Source: Mobula hypostoma (taxonomy: Eukaryota). From it: a DNA stretch of 64,000 nucleotides. Position 1 is the first letter of the stretch. Each line of letters opens with the position of its first letter. The stretch covers positions 31,746,001 through 31,810,000 of the forward strand of contig NC_086108.1 of NCBI RefSeq assembly GCF_963921235.1, read 5' to 3'. The position numbers and the translations under genes were made by a program. Below the pieces are notes generated by a model. That model made no database searches, had not been told where the DNA came from, and worked only from the letters and a program-made list of their open reading frames with translations. This document shows positions 54,401 to 64,000 of this stretch, piece by piece.

Positions 54401-57400
54401 AGCCCGAACAACTAACCCAGACGCGACAGTAGATCGCTCTGTGCCAAGCCAATTTGAAGAGGTCGAGAACGGCTTCTTCAGCAAATGATGACTTGCGGCT
54501 TTGGGCCCACTCTGAGCTGCTCCGGGGATTTGGATCCAAGGATACAATTTGGTTTGGAATGCTGTTGTTGCTACCTGCTCCCATTGTTTGTGAAATCCTG
54601 GTTCGAAGCAAATTACTGGGCAACGTGTTCTAGGCCTGGAGCAATTCGCAGCAGCAAGGCCCAGATCCTAATGCCAGGTACAATACGCTGTTTGGACAAT
54701 CTAAACACCAGCCCAGATAGACAAGATAGGCAGGGTATCGAGAGTCAGGAAAGGCTCAATCGCCCTGGGTGCCAAGCTGATTTGAAGAGGTCGAGAATGG
54801 CTTCTGTGGCAGCAAAATCTTGGCCTGGAACAATTCGCCGTGGCAGGGCCTGGGTCCTAGTGCGAGGTTCAAACAACTTAAGCACCCGACCAAATAGTCT
54901 GGGGGCTCCTCAGATTTACATGACTTGTTTCGGGTTTTTTCCCCTTTTTCTGTGGGTACTGGGGGGTTGTTTTTTTTAAATTGGGTTCTTTCGGGTTCCT
55001 TGCTCTGCGACTGCCTGTAAGCAAACAAATCTCAAGGTTGTATAATTTGTACATTCTTTGATAATTAATGCACTATGAATCTTTTGAATCACTGTGGAAC
55101 ACACCAGCAGTATGCCAGAAATACAAGAGTCAGAGGGCAGAAGTGAATGTAGCTGCTATTACTAAGGAGCAAGTGCTTAGGAAACCAAAATACATGAAAA
55201 TAGTTAGTCACCTGGACCAAATGGACTACACCCCAGGATTTTGAAAACAGTAGCTGAAGATGTTGTGGAGGCATTAATGATCTTTCAGAATCACTATCTT
55301 CTGGAATGGTTCAGGAGGACTAGAAAATTCCAAATGTTACTCCCCTTCTTAAAGGAAACAAAATTACAGGCCAGTTAGAGCCCAATTTCAGTTGTCGAGA
55401 AGATGTTGGAGTTCATTAGGGATGAGCTTTCGGGTACTTGCAGGGACAAGATAAAGTAGGCCAAAGTCAGAAGGTTTCCTTCAGGGAAATCTTCCCTGAC
55501 AAATCTGCTAGAATTCACTGAGGAAATAACAGGCACGATGGAGAGTCAGTGAATGTTATTTACTTGAATTTTCAGAAGGTCTTTGATAAGGTGCAGCACA
55601 TGAGGCTGCCAAACAAGATAGAAGCACAAGCTATTATAGGAAAGATACTGGCATGGCAGCACTGGCTGAATGGCAAGTGGGAATAAAGGGGGTCTTTTCC
55701 GGTGGCTGCCAGTGACTACTGGTGCTCCTCACTGTGTTGGGCCCACTACTTTTCACTTTATATGTTAATAATTTGGATGTCAGAATTGATGGCTTTGTGA
55801 CAGTGTTTGTAGATGATACAAAATAGGTGAAGGGGCAGGTAATGTTGAGGAAGCAAGCAGCCTGCATAAGGACTCACTAGGAGAATAGGCAAAGTGGCAA
55901 AATGAATATAGTGGAGGGACGTGTATGGTCATGCACTTTGGTAGAAGGAATAAAGGCATCGATTTTCTAAAGGAAGCAAATTCAAAACTCAGATGCGAAG
56001 GGACTGGAGAGTCCTCATGCAGGATTTCCCAAAAAGTTAACTCACAGGTTGAGCAGATTAGTCCACTTCTTGAGAGGACTAGAATATACAAGGCATTGAT
56101 CAGACTATACTTGGAGTATTGAGCAGTTTTGACCCCTTTAAGAAAAGATTGCTGGTATTGAGAGGATGCAGAGGAGGTTCACGAGAACAATCCTGAGAAT
56201 GAAAAGGTTGACATATGAGGAGCATTTGATGGATCCAGGCCTGCATCGCTTAAGTTTAGAAGAATGGGGTGGGGGGGGGGGGAATCTTATTGAAACCTAT
56301 TAAACAGTGAAAGGCCTAGATAAGAGTGGATGTGGAGGAGTCTGGGGCCAGAGTGGACACAGCTTCAGAAGAGAGGGGCATCCTTTTAGAACAAATGAGG
56401 AGAAATTTCTTTCGCCAGAGGGTGATGAATCTATGAAGTTCATTGCCACAGGTTGCTGAGGAGGCCAAGTCATTAGATTAATAGGTTCTTGATTAGTATG
56501 GGCGTCAAATGTTACGGGGTGAAGGCAGAAGAATGGGGTTGAGAGGCATAATAAATCAGCCATGATGGATTGTCAGAGTAGAGACTGTAGGCCGAAAGGC
56601 CTGATTCTGCAATGTTATATGGTCTTAAGGCCTTGTTGCCATGAAAATATCATAGAGGTTCACCACAAAATATTTTCCTACACTCAAATCATTGAATGAA
56701 GCAACCAAAGTACCTATTATCAAGCTACTAACTATAACCTATTTTCCAGATACAAAATATTAGTTTATAAGACAATGCACAATTGCATCCTAAAGTACAA
56801 GTCGTTTGACATACATGCAATATGCTGTACAAACATTTGTGCGCCTCCTCTGGTACATCATTTACATCATAAAATTCAATACCTGGCTGAGCATGAAAGT
56901 AAACCTCAACAGCCTTCCTGCATTCTCCACTTCAGGATTTTACATATACCCATTTCCACATTGACATTCCAGATCAAGTCTAACAAACCCAGTCAATCTG
57001 TATTGGATTCACACGTTTTGCCATTCAAGGTCACTTCAGTCCTAAAGCCCACATGTTGGAAGGAAGTTACTTCAAGGAATCCTTAATTGTTAATAATTAT
57101 AATTGAAAACTAAAATGAAGTATTAGTTTTTTTTTTAAAACATCCTTTCAAGGTGGCTGTTCACACTCATTAGTTCTCATATGTCTCAAGCACCAATTGC
57201 AATGTAAACTTGGAAGATTACTCAAAGATCACACATTGTGAATATTTTTGTTTAAATAAAAAGCAGTAAATGTCCACATTCAGGACAGAGTAATTACTTT
57301 GGAGCTCCTTCGGGGTATGCAAGATTTTTCTAACACAAGTTGCTGGAAAAGATGATTTGAACCATTTGAAAACATTGCAGCAAATTTAAGCTGGAAGATT

Positions 57401-60400
57401 TCTTAGGTATTTAGAATTGTAGTGCACATAACCATTCAAGACATATCTTATAAAGCATATAGGCTTAGACAAAGTGCGTAGTAGCTTGAGTACTATTACG
57501 GCTTGGCTTAAATAATGAGAATGCCACTGCAAGATCAAGCAGATAGAATAAGCTATAATTGAAAAAATTCATAAAAGCAAAAAGTACTTAATATTTGATT
57601 TCATTATGAAGTATTCCTGAAACTAGTGGAATTAAGCAGTATTGAAGTGCTACTTATTTCATTTGCTCCAATTCTGAAAACAAAATGTACTTTTACCTTG
57701 ACATACTTGGCATACATTTGCTCATCTAAAGGAAAGCTCTGCACTGTTCTCTCATCCAGAGCATGGAATGTGCCAAGTTTAACCCATTTATTGGTAGGAT
57801 ACCTGAAAGTAATAAAAGTGACCAGAATTGTGGTTCAGTTATTACTTAGAAAACCATTTAGAGTTAGATTTTAGCTACACAGTGCAAAATTCATCTTCAA
57901 GCAGAGGAAGATCACTCCCTGCACAAAATAAAAAGATGTTGTAAATAGTTTAAGCAACATTCATGGACAAATAAGATTATTTTTGCAGGTTTCTTACCTT
58001 TCATTAGAACCTTTAACAAAACATCAGCAACCCAAAATATTAATCCTGCTCAACTTTCCAGATATATTTTGATCTGAACTACTTGCAACATTATTTTCCC
58101 CCCAGAATTTTAACATCTGTGGCATCCTGATTTTGAAGTTACATGAAGTTGAATTTATGCATACAGGAGTTAATTACATCACCTTCATTTAAGGTGAATG
58201 AACACTGATGTTATATTGAACAAAAATTTTAGAATAACTCCATTAAATACCCATAAAACATACCTATCACTGATGGAAACTAGGAAGTCCCTTGGCGAAG
58301 ATGAAAATAACTCGAAGTTTGCAACATCAAGCTGCCTGACTTGGATGGGCTCACACAACTCAATTACAAACCTACAAAAAGAAAATGAAATATTGCTGTA
58401 GTGTTGTTCTTTGAAGTAACAAGAACGAGATCTGTGATAGAGCAGGAACCATTAAAAAGAATAAGTCCTGTTGTGTACAAGTTTCGCTTGGGCCAAAATG
58501 AAGAAATGAGATTTAAGCAAAACAGCCATGTGGGAGTGGTCACAATGTGACAGTAGAATTAGAGTGGGGAAACTGAGGCTTTAGCTTAAGATACTATTGC
58601 GAGAAGAGGCGTGGATAAGATCCATCATGGATTGGCCACTGCATTGTGGGTCAGCGTAGAAGTCTGAGGTATGAGGACACTTTGGCAAGGATCACACAAG
58701 TGAGTAAGTAAAAAACAGGGATGGATTTTTAAAATATATATTCTAGTTAATTAAAAGAAAAAATTACAACTACAAGTAGGGATGCAGGATCAAGAGATGC
58801 ATGATGTGGGAGCCGGTGGATCCAACTATGGTTTCTGATGACCACATATGAGCAAGTGTTCATTGAGGAACTCAGACTTGAAGCTGATGACCTGGAATCT
58901 AAGCTTCAAATACTGTGATCCATCAGGGAAAGCAGAATTACCCAGACACTTTCATGCCCAACAGGTCTGACACCATTGCTCCCTGTGAGGATAAGAGCGG
59001 AGCTGCTGGAAGGATGAGTAACTGAATCATGGTTCAGAGGGCCATTAAGGGGGGGGGGGGGGAGGAGAAGGAGAAGAGAAATGAAGTTGTAATTGGGGAT
59101 AGACAATTCTCTGCTGCTAGGTTCATTGTTTGCCTGGCCACTTGGCTCAGAACATCTCATCTGACCTGCAAAGGAATTTGGAGTAGGAGGGAAAGGATCC
59201 AGTTGTGGTCTGTGTGTACCAATGACATAGCAAGTACAAAGAAAGGTTCTGCTGAGGGAATTTGAGTAGCTAGGGACTAAATTAAAACAGATTCAAAAAC
59301 GTAAATCTCTGGATTGTTACCTGAGCCATGTCCAATTGGTACAGGCGAAACCCCTTTTTACTGGGTGCTGAAGGTGTATACGACTTTGGTCCTGCCAAAA
59401 CCGTGAGGTTGGGATGCTTCGCCCACCAAAACCCTGGCTTGCGTGAACGCTGTATGATTGACTGCCCCCACGGCCGCCGCCCCCCCCCCGCAATCGCATC
59501 GGCAAGAAATAACAGATCATACACTGCACAAATTATATAGTTATGAACGTTAACTTGACCAGAGTTATTAAAGAAAAACAAGGGGCCCATTATAATTAAA
59601 CAGTCAAACATGCACATAAGTTGGAGCTCATCTTGAACTTGTCTGTAACTCAAACACTGGACCCTCAGTCTGCATGAAAGCACACACCACCATCTCTAAT
59701 AACGTGCTCTCCCACAGAGTATTTGATCCTTCCTCCTTGAAGCCATTCATCTGCACAAAGCACCTTGCACAACAAGGACGGCATCCTCAGCTATCTATCT
59801 TCCCTCTAATCTTCTCCCAGTTCCTGCCATAGAAGACCATGACCCACGCCAGTGCCCCTCACAAAACCTCTCCACCTATCACTCTCTAGAATCTTCTCCC
59901 AATTTCACCATCTGATTGGCTGACACCACATTCCGAAACTGAATAAAGCCCCCTTATCTCAGCTCAAACCCAAACAGGCTGAAAGCAGAACAGACTACCC
60001 TTCAAGAACTATTAAAATGAAATACCTACAGCATAGCAGTAAAAACTTTAACCAGGGCGTTACACAGGGTTAAAAAGACTAAATGCATAGCGCAAAGATT
60101 GGTGTGGGAGAAGTAGGTTTGAATTCATCTGCAAGATCTTGCCAATCACTGAAATCAGGCCAACTGGCCTAAAATTTCCTGTCTTTTGCCTCCCTCCCTT
60201 CTTAAAGGGTGAAGTGACATTTACAATTTAAGGGCGTCAAAAGTTACAGAAAGGAGGAAGGAGAACGGGGTTGAGAGGGATAATAAATCAGCCATGAAGC
60301 AGAATCAATGGGCCCAATGGCCTAATTTGTGCCGACATTCTCATTGTTTTTTTACAACTGTGCAGACCAACCATTGCTCTGAGCAGGAAATTATCATTTA

Positions 60401-61115
60401 TTTATATTTTCTTTTCAGGGCCTGAAAACAGCATGGCAATTTAAATGCTTTTTTGTAATATGCACATCAAACAAACCATAACTCACAACACAAGTAAACG
60501 ATATCAAGCGATCAAAACAACCGACAGGCACGGTGAAATGTTTTGACTAGATTGTGTCAGTGTTTAGCAGGCTGGCACTTTATTAACAATGAGCTATTGA
60601 CTTCCAATCTGTGGTTATTGTTGTAGTTGAAACACTGACTATGTAAATAAACTGGAGTTCTAAAATGAATCAAAGGAAAGGATGTAGTACATTTGTGAAA
60701 ATTTATGGATTATATTCATTAACACGTAATTACAGGGTACTTCAGTTATATTAACAAATTTCAAAATTATATTAGCATTATTTCAAATTGAAAATTATAG
60801 CTGTGTGGCAACAAAGGCAAGGTGCAAGGAAGCATTTCATTCAATGCGCAGCCACATACCCCCGCAGCTTAAGGGCACAATGTTCTGCTCCCAATTCTTA
60901 TGGTCATACTATGTGTAATATGAAAGTATGAAAATTGTTTTTCTACTCATTACATTCTATTATAGTATATAACCTGCATCAAATCATAGCATCAAGAAAC
61001 AAATTAAACAGTTAACAAGCATTTTTTCACCCAAGTTTACTACTTACCAAATCTTTGCACTGCATGGATTTAACATGTACAAGTCCATATTTTCCATCAG
61101 AATTGCTGAATTGCT
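8994..61115 (-). CDS. SUCO: SUN domain-containing ossification factor, 5'-partial multi-exon gene (16 coding exons in the window, 952 aa)
   Basis: The spliced translation gives [33 protein letters not shown]...[21 protein letters not shown]...[20 protein letters not shown]...[14 protein letters not shown]...VTTVSGHV*. I recognise this as vertebrate SUCO. All introns are GT-AG and the exon phases join without a frameshift. Confidence 0.97.
9575..9633 (-). CDS. SUCO: SUCO exon ([20 protein letters not shown]), 59 nt
   Basis: tttcag|TGGGGCCA...AAAAAG|gtactg; phase 1 to 0. Confidence 0.93.
11063..11154 (-). CDS. SUCO: SUCO exon ([30 protein letters not shown]), 92 nt
   Basis: ataaag|ATGTTTT...GAAG|gtacgt; phase 2 to 1. 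Confidence 0.93.
11270..12460 (+). mobile_element. CR1 fragments (RT region and 3' end), interrupted by a MITE
   Basis: ORF 11324..11671 has NYRPVSL...[15 protein letters not shown]...[14 protein letters not shown]. Confidence 0.85.
12168..12321. mobile_element. 154-bp MITE of the Tc1/mariner-pogo (Tigger-like) type
   Basis: Terminal inverted repeats CAGGCCGACTTTCACTAAT / ATTAGTGAGGGTCGACCTG, with TA on both sides (12166-12167, 12322-12323). Removing it restores the CR1 sequence GGAAGTAGTTGAGGCAGG. Confidence 0.88.
12780..12919 (-). CDS. SUCO: SUCO exon with the transmembrane helix ([31 protein letters not shown]...SPKR), 140 nt
   Basis: tcctag|GTTTCT...AAAAG|gtagat; phase 0 to 2; hydrophobic stretch [18 protein letters not shown]. 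Confidence 0.94.
13413..13517 (-). CDS. SUCO: SUCO exon ([35 protein letters not shown]), 105 nt
   Basis: atacag|GACCAA...CGTGAG|gtaact; phase 0 to 0. Confidence 0.94.
14977..15064 (-). CDS. SUCO: SUCO exon (coiled coil [29 protein letters not shown]), 88 nt
   Basis: ttctag|GTATCGG...GAAAAG|gtatat; phase 2 to 0. Confidence 0.95.
16860..18470 (-). mobile_element. CR1 LINE RT/3' end (about 17280-18470) next to an older CR1 fragment (about 16860-17280)
   Basis: ORFs 17409..18023 and 18011..18223 contain [17 protein letters not shown] and [11 protein letters not shown]. Confidence 0.9.
18597..18822. mobile_element. Penelope-like element terminal fragments (mini-element nested in another PLE end)
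   Basis: Matches the PLE terminus at 45165-45300 in both orientations; 13-bp near-duplication AGTCAAC(G/A)TTTCT at 18653-18665 and 18809-18821. Confidence 0.75.
18829..19725 (+). mobile_element. CR1 LINE 3' portion
   Basis: KFADDT remnant; ORF 19018..19275 has [14 protein letters not shown]...[11 protein letters not shown]1 3' UTR stem-loop region near 19690. Confidence 0.87.
19726..20625 (-). mobile_element. Penelope-like element fragment (GIY-YIG region and terminal repeat)
   Basis: The reverse complement resembles 43650-45180; ORF 20358..20666 has QYIILH...[11 protein letters not shown]. Confidence 0.8.
21570..21680 (-). mobile_element. PLE terminal fragment with a degenerate hammerhead motif
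   Basis: The minus strand reads CAGTC-CTGCCGA-AGGGTTTCAACCC-AAAA-CGTC-GACTG. Confidence 0.7.
22212..23453 (-). CDS. SUCO: SUCO large exon, 1242 nt (acidic low-complexity region ending [36 protein letters not shown])
   Basis: Core of ORF 22199..23488; ttgtag|GTTGGAC...CAACG|gtgtgt; phase 2 to 2. Confidence 0.96.
24061..25232 (+). mobile_element. 5'-truncated CR1 LINE (same subfamily as 6721-7515)
   Basis: [22 protein letters not shown] and KFADDTK motifs; ORFs 24341..24646 and 24601..24948; TTTTCTAGGTTTCTATG tail. Flanked by Rex-like 3' remnants. Confidence 0.92.
25640..29530 (+). mobile_element. Near full-length decayed CR1 LINE (ORF1 esterase-like, APE endonuclease and RT remnants)
   Basis: VLIGDS...[11 protein letters not shown] (ORF 26080), MGDFN near 27160, RPVSLTSVV...[14 protein letters not shown] (ORF 28103), and 3' UTR near 29500. 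Many stops and frameshifts. Confidence 0.88.
29672..29832 (-). mobile_element. tRNA-derived SINE, HE1/V-SINE-like
   Basis: TTTGGACTGTGGGAGGAAACATGAGCACCCAGAGAAAACCCATGCA resembles the reverse complement of the V-SINE core. It ends CTAACTGCTATGCTACTGTG, the reverse complement of a tRNA-like A-box head. Confidence 0.72.
30287..30377 (-). CDS. SUCO: SUCO exon ([31 protein letters not shown]), 91 nt
   Basis: ttacag|TTAATGAA...CCTGA|gtaagt. Phase 1 to 2 is exactly what is needed to join the 32118 exon to the large exon. The sequence is poorly conserved. Confidence 0.82.
31370..32015 (+). mobile_element. Rex1/Babar-like LINE 3' fragment
   Basis: FRFLGVNI and [18 protein letters not shown] remnants; 3' tail ...AAATTTCATGACATATG...AAACTGATTCAGAT resembles the tail at 37380. 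Confidence 0.72.
32118..32198 (-). CDS. SUCO: SUCO exon ([27 protein letters not shown]), 81 nt
   Basis: ttatag|ATGCTATT...GAAG|gtattt; phase 1 to 1. Confidence 0.93.
36440..36505 (-). CDS. SUCO: SUCO exon ([22 protein letters not shown]), 66 nt
   Basis: aaacag|ATTATCCA...ACGA|gtgagt; phase 1 to 1. Confidence 0.93.
37906..41724 (+). mobile_element. Near full-length CR1 LINE (ORF1 SGNH esterase-like; ORF2 APE endonuclease plus RT), frameshifted
   Basis: [21 protein letters not shown] and VHIGTND (ORF1); VNARSI, GITET, VYRPP, MGDFN and SDHN (endonuclease); NYRPVSLT and KFADDTK (RT); TTTTCTATGTTTCT tail; 6-bp TSD AACTAT at 37900-37905 and 41725-41730. Confidence 0.94.
42738..42774 (-). ncRNA. 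Minimal type I hammerhead ribozyme motif (PLE-associated)
   Basis: The minus strand reads GTC-CTGACGA-A-GGG-TCTCCG-CCC-GAAA-CG-TC-GAC, with catalytic boxes, stem II GGG/CCC, stem I GTC/GAC and a palindromic ACGT at stem III. Confidence 0.65.
44064..44696 (+). mobile_element. 633-bp CpG-rich non-autonomous retroelement inserted in the PLE
   Basis: 5-bp TSD ATCTC (44059-44063, 44697-44701). Removing it restores GCAGGATCTCCCAGTGGCC as in the inverted PLE arm. It starts with AAGATGGCG and ends with AATAAA plus a TAATC-like tail. Confidence 0.75.
45166..45201 (+). ncRNA. Minimal type I hammerhead ribozyme motif (PLE-associated)
   Basis: AGTC-CTGACGA-A-GGG-TCTCAG-CCC-GAAA-TG-TC-GACT; stem I AGTC/GACT. 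Confidence 0.6.
48560..48965 (-). mobile_element. PLE terminal-repeat fragment (related fragment at about 48115-48250)
   Basis: Resembles 42675-43000; degenerate CTGATGA-AGAGTCTCAGCCC on the minus strand at about 48705-48730. Confidence 0.65.
50096..50187 (-). CDS. SUCO: SUCO exon ([30 protein letters not shown]), 92 nt
   Basis: tgctag|GGTGTTT...TATG|gtatgg; phase 2 to 1. Confidence 0.95.
50730..51450 (+). mobile_element. Penelope-like element fragment (GIY-YIG)
   Basis: ORF 51021..51332 has [25 protein letters not shown]...[14 protein letters not shown]. Confidence 0.85.
51707..51762 (-). CDS. SUCO: SUCO exon ([19 protein letters not shown]), 56 nt
   Basis: ttgtag|GTGGAG...ATAAG|gtaaag; phase 0 to 2. 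Confidence 0.95.
53436..53456 (-). CDS. SUCO: SUCO 21-nt microexon (MFIKYIK)
   Basis: Long pyrimidine tract then cttcag|ATGTTCATCAAATACATAAAG|gttagc; phase 0 to 0. The peptide matches the MFIKYIK segment I recall in human SUCO between YAKYVK and VEL. Confidence 0.9.
53940..56625 (+). mobile_element. Decayed CR1 LINE split by an insertion of about 960 bp
   Basis: RT remnants ([22 protein letters not shown]) and a CR1 3' UTR near 56590. The two halves join colinearly with the CR1 copy at 1620-1850. Confidence 0.8.
54127..55089 (+). mobile_element. GC-rich non-autonomous retroelement with an internal duplication
   Basis: Interrupts the CR1; carries a duplicated block ...GCCAAGC..ATTTGAAGAGGTCGAGAA.GGCTTCT (about 54435 and 54760); ends in a TGAATCTTTTGAAT-type tail. 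Boundaries approximate. Confidence 0.6.
57697..57802 (-). CDS. SUCO: SUCO exon ([35 protein letters not shown]), 106 nt
   Basis: tttcag|GTATCCT...GTCAAG|gtaaaa; phase 2 to 0. Confidence 0.95.
58264..58371 (-). CDS. SUCO: SUCO exon ([36 protein letters not shown]), 108 nt
   Basis: ttgtag|GTTTGTA...GATAG|gtatgt; phase 2 to 2. Confidence 0.95.
58550..60345 (+). mobile_element. Old CR1 ORF1 region and 3' remnant, interrupted by a solo LTR
   Basis: VVIGD and CTNDI remnants in ORF 59029..59265; continues after 60065. Confidence 0.6.
59346..60064. mobile_element. Putative solo LTR (719 bp)
   Basis: Ends CGAAACCCC (decayed TG start) ... GGGCGTTACA, flanked by a 4-bp direct repeat CAGG (59342-59345, 60065-60068); no coding remnant. 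Confidence 0.68.
61048..61115 (-). CDS. SUCO: SUCO exon (SUN domain: [23 protein letters not shown]), 68 nt
   Basis: tttcag|AGCAAT...ATTTG|gtaagt; phase 0 to 2. Confidence 0.95.
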
Positions 61116-62924
61116 CTGAAAGTCAAAATTGTAATAAACACATTCAGTAATGAAGTGTTTATACTGATTGGTAAATAAATAAATACTCCATTACCCGAAA
61201 TTTCAAAAAGGAAATGCAAAAGCCAAGCTTAAACCTTACTTGTCTTTCACATTCCAAAAGCAGAAACAAACTCTTGCGCTTTTTTTTAAGAAACAGAATT
61301 CTACAGAATACAGGATTACTTTCGTCTTAAATCACACTGATGCAGGGAAAGGTGGATCTTCTAACATTCTTATTGGCAAAAAAGCCAATCTTCAAATCAT
61401 TTAAATTCACTATACTTAATATCAAAAAGCTGAGCATGCCAAATATAGCAAACCTCGAAAACAAACACCCTAGATATTGTGCCAGTGCCTTTACTCTAGT
61501 ACTCACTGTTCGAGTACAGCTATAACAGTTAATCAACCTTACAAAATGGAACATTGCATAGATACATCCAGTCCTGTAAAAGCAAGACAGGTTAAATCTC
61601 ACCTAGAATTTCACTAATCTATCCTGAATCATTAAAGGGTTAGTCAGCAATGGAATCGTGCTCCATTTATTCACCACCCTGAGATCCAGACCTCATTATA
61701 ACCAAGATCCAATCAGACAAAAAAAACACTAAGTTCCAAAAAGCAGCAGCAAATAACCAGAGATCAAGGAAGCATCAGATTGACCATTTCATTAACAAGT
61801 TTTGCAAAAATTGGTCATCAGGAATTAATCTATATCTTTCTGCCTTCAATGATTATTTGCAGGCCGATCAATTCATCTCCAGGACATTACTGCAGGAGTT
61901 CATAAAACAATGCATGAAGCTTAAACATATTTAAACATTCATAAATCTTCTGTCGCTCATTAGGTCAGAAAAGTAAATACACACCACTGACTGACTGCTC
62001 AACATTCAATGTTGATCACAACTCCATGGACAATGCTTGAACGCAGCAAGACACAGACACTTTCATGGTTTGACTAAAGGAGTGGCAGATGGCATTCATG
62101 CTTGTTAGGTAATAGCCATCTCCAATGAAAACCTAAACATCTCCCCTTGACATTCAATCGCATGACCGCTCATGAGATGCCACACTAAACATAATATTAA
62201 CCAGAAGTTTAATTTGACTGGTAACCAAGGTTAGAGGCTAGACTTTGTGTAATGACTAACTCAGTTCCTGACTTTTTAAAAGGCCTTTCTACAATCTAAT
62301 AAGGTATATCACAAGAGCAATGTGCTACTCTCAACTTGCTTGGATGAATGCAACTCTAATAGCATTTGTTGATCAAACACATTGAGGACAGACCAGCCTG
62401 ACTGATTGGGACCCCATCCACCATGCTAAATATTCACTCTTGCAAAGTACATTGAGAAACAGCCAATTGCAAGGAACAATAAATGCTAGCACAGACATTG
62501 ATGTGACTTATGTACTAATATTGGTTATTCACTTTCAAGTTCCTTCCCTTCAAAGACATGTCACCATCGCAATTGATCATAATTTGGTTGGTAAGAAATC
62601 CAATGTAAATCAAGATGACCACATTCATCAGAAATTATGAATACTTGAAGGTTCGAATTTCCATTCCGACCCCAGTTAGTCCAACAGAGATTGAGTATTG
62701 CTTTGAGAATGTTCTCTTCCTCATCTGGAAAGTACTTTTGAGCGCCTTTTTTTTTAAAAAAAGAGAAAACATTAAACTGCACCGCACAACCAAAACGGTT
62801 CAGTGCGATCTTTGCCACAGAAGAACTGGGCATCACAAGGACATGTGGAAGAATTCTGATCTTCTAAAAGCACACATACACATCCTTCATGTGGTAAATG
62901 ATAATGGCTGAAGGGCAAAGATAA

Positions 62925-64000
62925 TAGACAATAGGTGCAGAAGTAGACCATTCGGCCCTTCAAGCCTGCACCGCCATTCTGAGATCATGGCTGATCATCT
63001 ACTATCAATACCCAGTTCCTCCCTTGTCCCCATAACCCTTGATTCCCCTATCCATAAGATACCTATCTAGCTCCTTCTTGAAAGCATCCAGAGAATTGGC
63101 CTCCACTGCCTTCTGAGGCAGAGCATTCCACACCTCCACAACTCTCTGGGAGAAGTTGTTCCTCCTCAACTCTGTCCTAAATTACCTACCCCTTATTCTT
63201 AAACCATGCCCTCTGGCATTGGACTCTCCCAGCATCTGGAACATATTTCCTGCCTCTGTCTTGTCCAATCCCTTAATAATCTTATGTGTCTCAATCAGAT
63301 CCCCCCCTCAATCTCCTTAATTTCAGCGTGTACAAGCCCAGTCTCTCTAACCTCTCTGCGTAAGACAATCCGGACATCCCAGGAATTAACCTAGTGAACC
63401 TACGCTGCACCTCCTCCACAGCCAGGCGGTCTCTCCTTAACCCTGGAGACCAAAACTGCAGACAATACTCCAGGTGTGGTCTCACCAGGGCCCTGTACAA
63501 ATGCAAAAGGATTTCCTTGCTCTTGTACTCAGTTCCCTTTGTAATAAAGGCCAACATTCCATTAGCCTTCTTCACTGCCTGCTGCACTTGCTCATTCACC
63601 TTCAGAGACTGATGAACAAGTACTCCTAGATCTCTTTGTATTTCTCCCTTACCTAACTCCACACCGTTCAGATAATAATCTGCCTTCCTGTTCTTGCTCC
63701 CAAAGTGAATAACCTCACACTTATTCACATTAAACGCCATCTGCCAAGTTTCTGCCCACTCACCCAGCCTATCCAAGTCACCTTGAATTCTCCTAACATC
63801 CTCATCACATGTCCCACTGCCACCCAGCTTAGTATCATCAGCAAACTTGCTGATGTTATTCACAATGTCTTCCTCTAAATCAATGACGTAAATCGTAAAC
63901 AGCTATGGTCCCAATACCGAGCCCTGTGGCACCCCACTAGTCACCACCTGCCATTCCGAGAAACACCCATTCACTGCTACCCTTTGCTTCCTATCTGCCA
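62925..64000 (-). mobile_element. Relatively young CR1 LINE 3' portion running off the window
   Basis: ORF 63291..63863 has [12 protein letters not shown]...[29 protein letters not shown] at about 63910-63940. Confidence 0.93.

Noticed and set aside
54225..55028. Overlapping 90-164 aa ORFs on both strands
   Set aside because: Expected by chance in a GC-rich repeat insert; no recognisable protein motif.
61116..64000. Next upstream SUCO exon (NYASVECGAKIL... start of the SUN domain)
   Set aside because: Not found in the window. ORFs 62561..62836 and 62615..62911 do not resemble SUCO, so the exon presumably lies beyond 64000.
1..64000. CRISPR array, prokaryotic defence or retron-like RT system, rRNA or tRNA genes
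   Set aside because: There is no regularly spaced repeat-spacer structure and no operon-like ORF density. All RT and nuclease motifs belong to eukaryotic retrotransposon remnants.

Overview
Eukaryotic, repeat-rich vertebrate DNA. The repeat families (CR1 LINEs with TTTCTATG tails, an HE1/V-SINE-like SINE, Penelope-like elements) suggest a cartilaginous fish, which is an inference. The window holds the 3' part of one protein-coding gene on the minus strand, SUCO (SUN domain-containing ossification factor). I read 16 coding exons by hand between 61115 and the stop codon at 8994. All have GT-AG boundaries and consistent phases, totalling 2859 nt (952 aa plus stop). They cover most of the SUN domain, the large acidic exon, the coiled coil, the transmembrane helix and the C-terminus. 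The 5' exons lie beyond the right edge of the window. Introns and the downstream flank are filled with decayed CR1 LINEs, Rex1/Babar-like LINEs, Penelope-like elements (PLEs), a Tc1 transposon, a TA-flanked MITE, a solo LTR and non-autonomous retroelements. The most notable observations are: (1) minimal hammerhead-ribozyme motifs in PLE termini, one of them sense to the SUCO pre-mRNA; (2) a four-level nested insertion stack of five elements at 37.2-46.9 kb with recoverable target-site duplications; (3) a 21-nt microexon in the SUN domain with SRRM4-type and RBFOX-type motifs; (4) two in-frame candidate alternative exons. I found no CRISPR array, rRNA or tRNA gene. I cannot support a claim of a wholly new biological system from this sequence.
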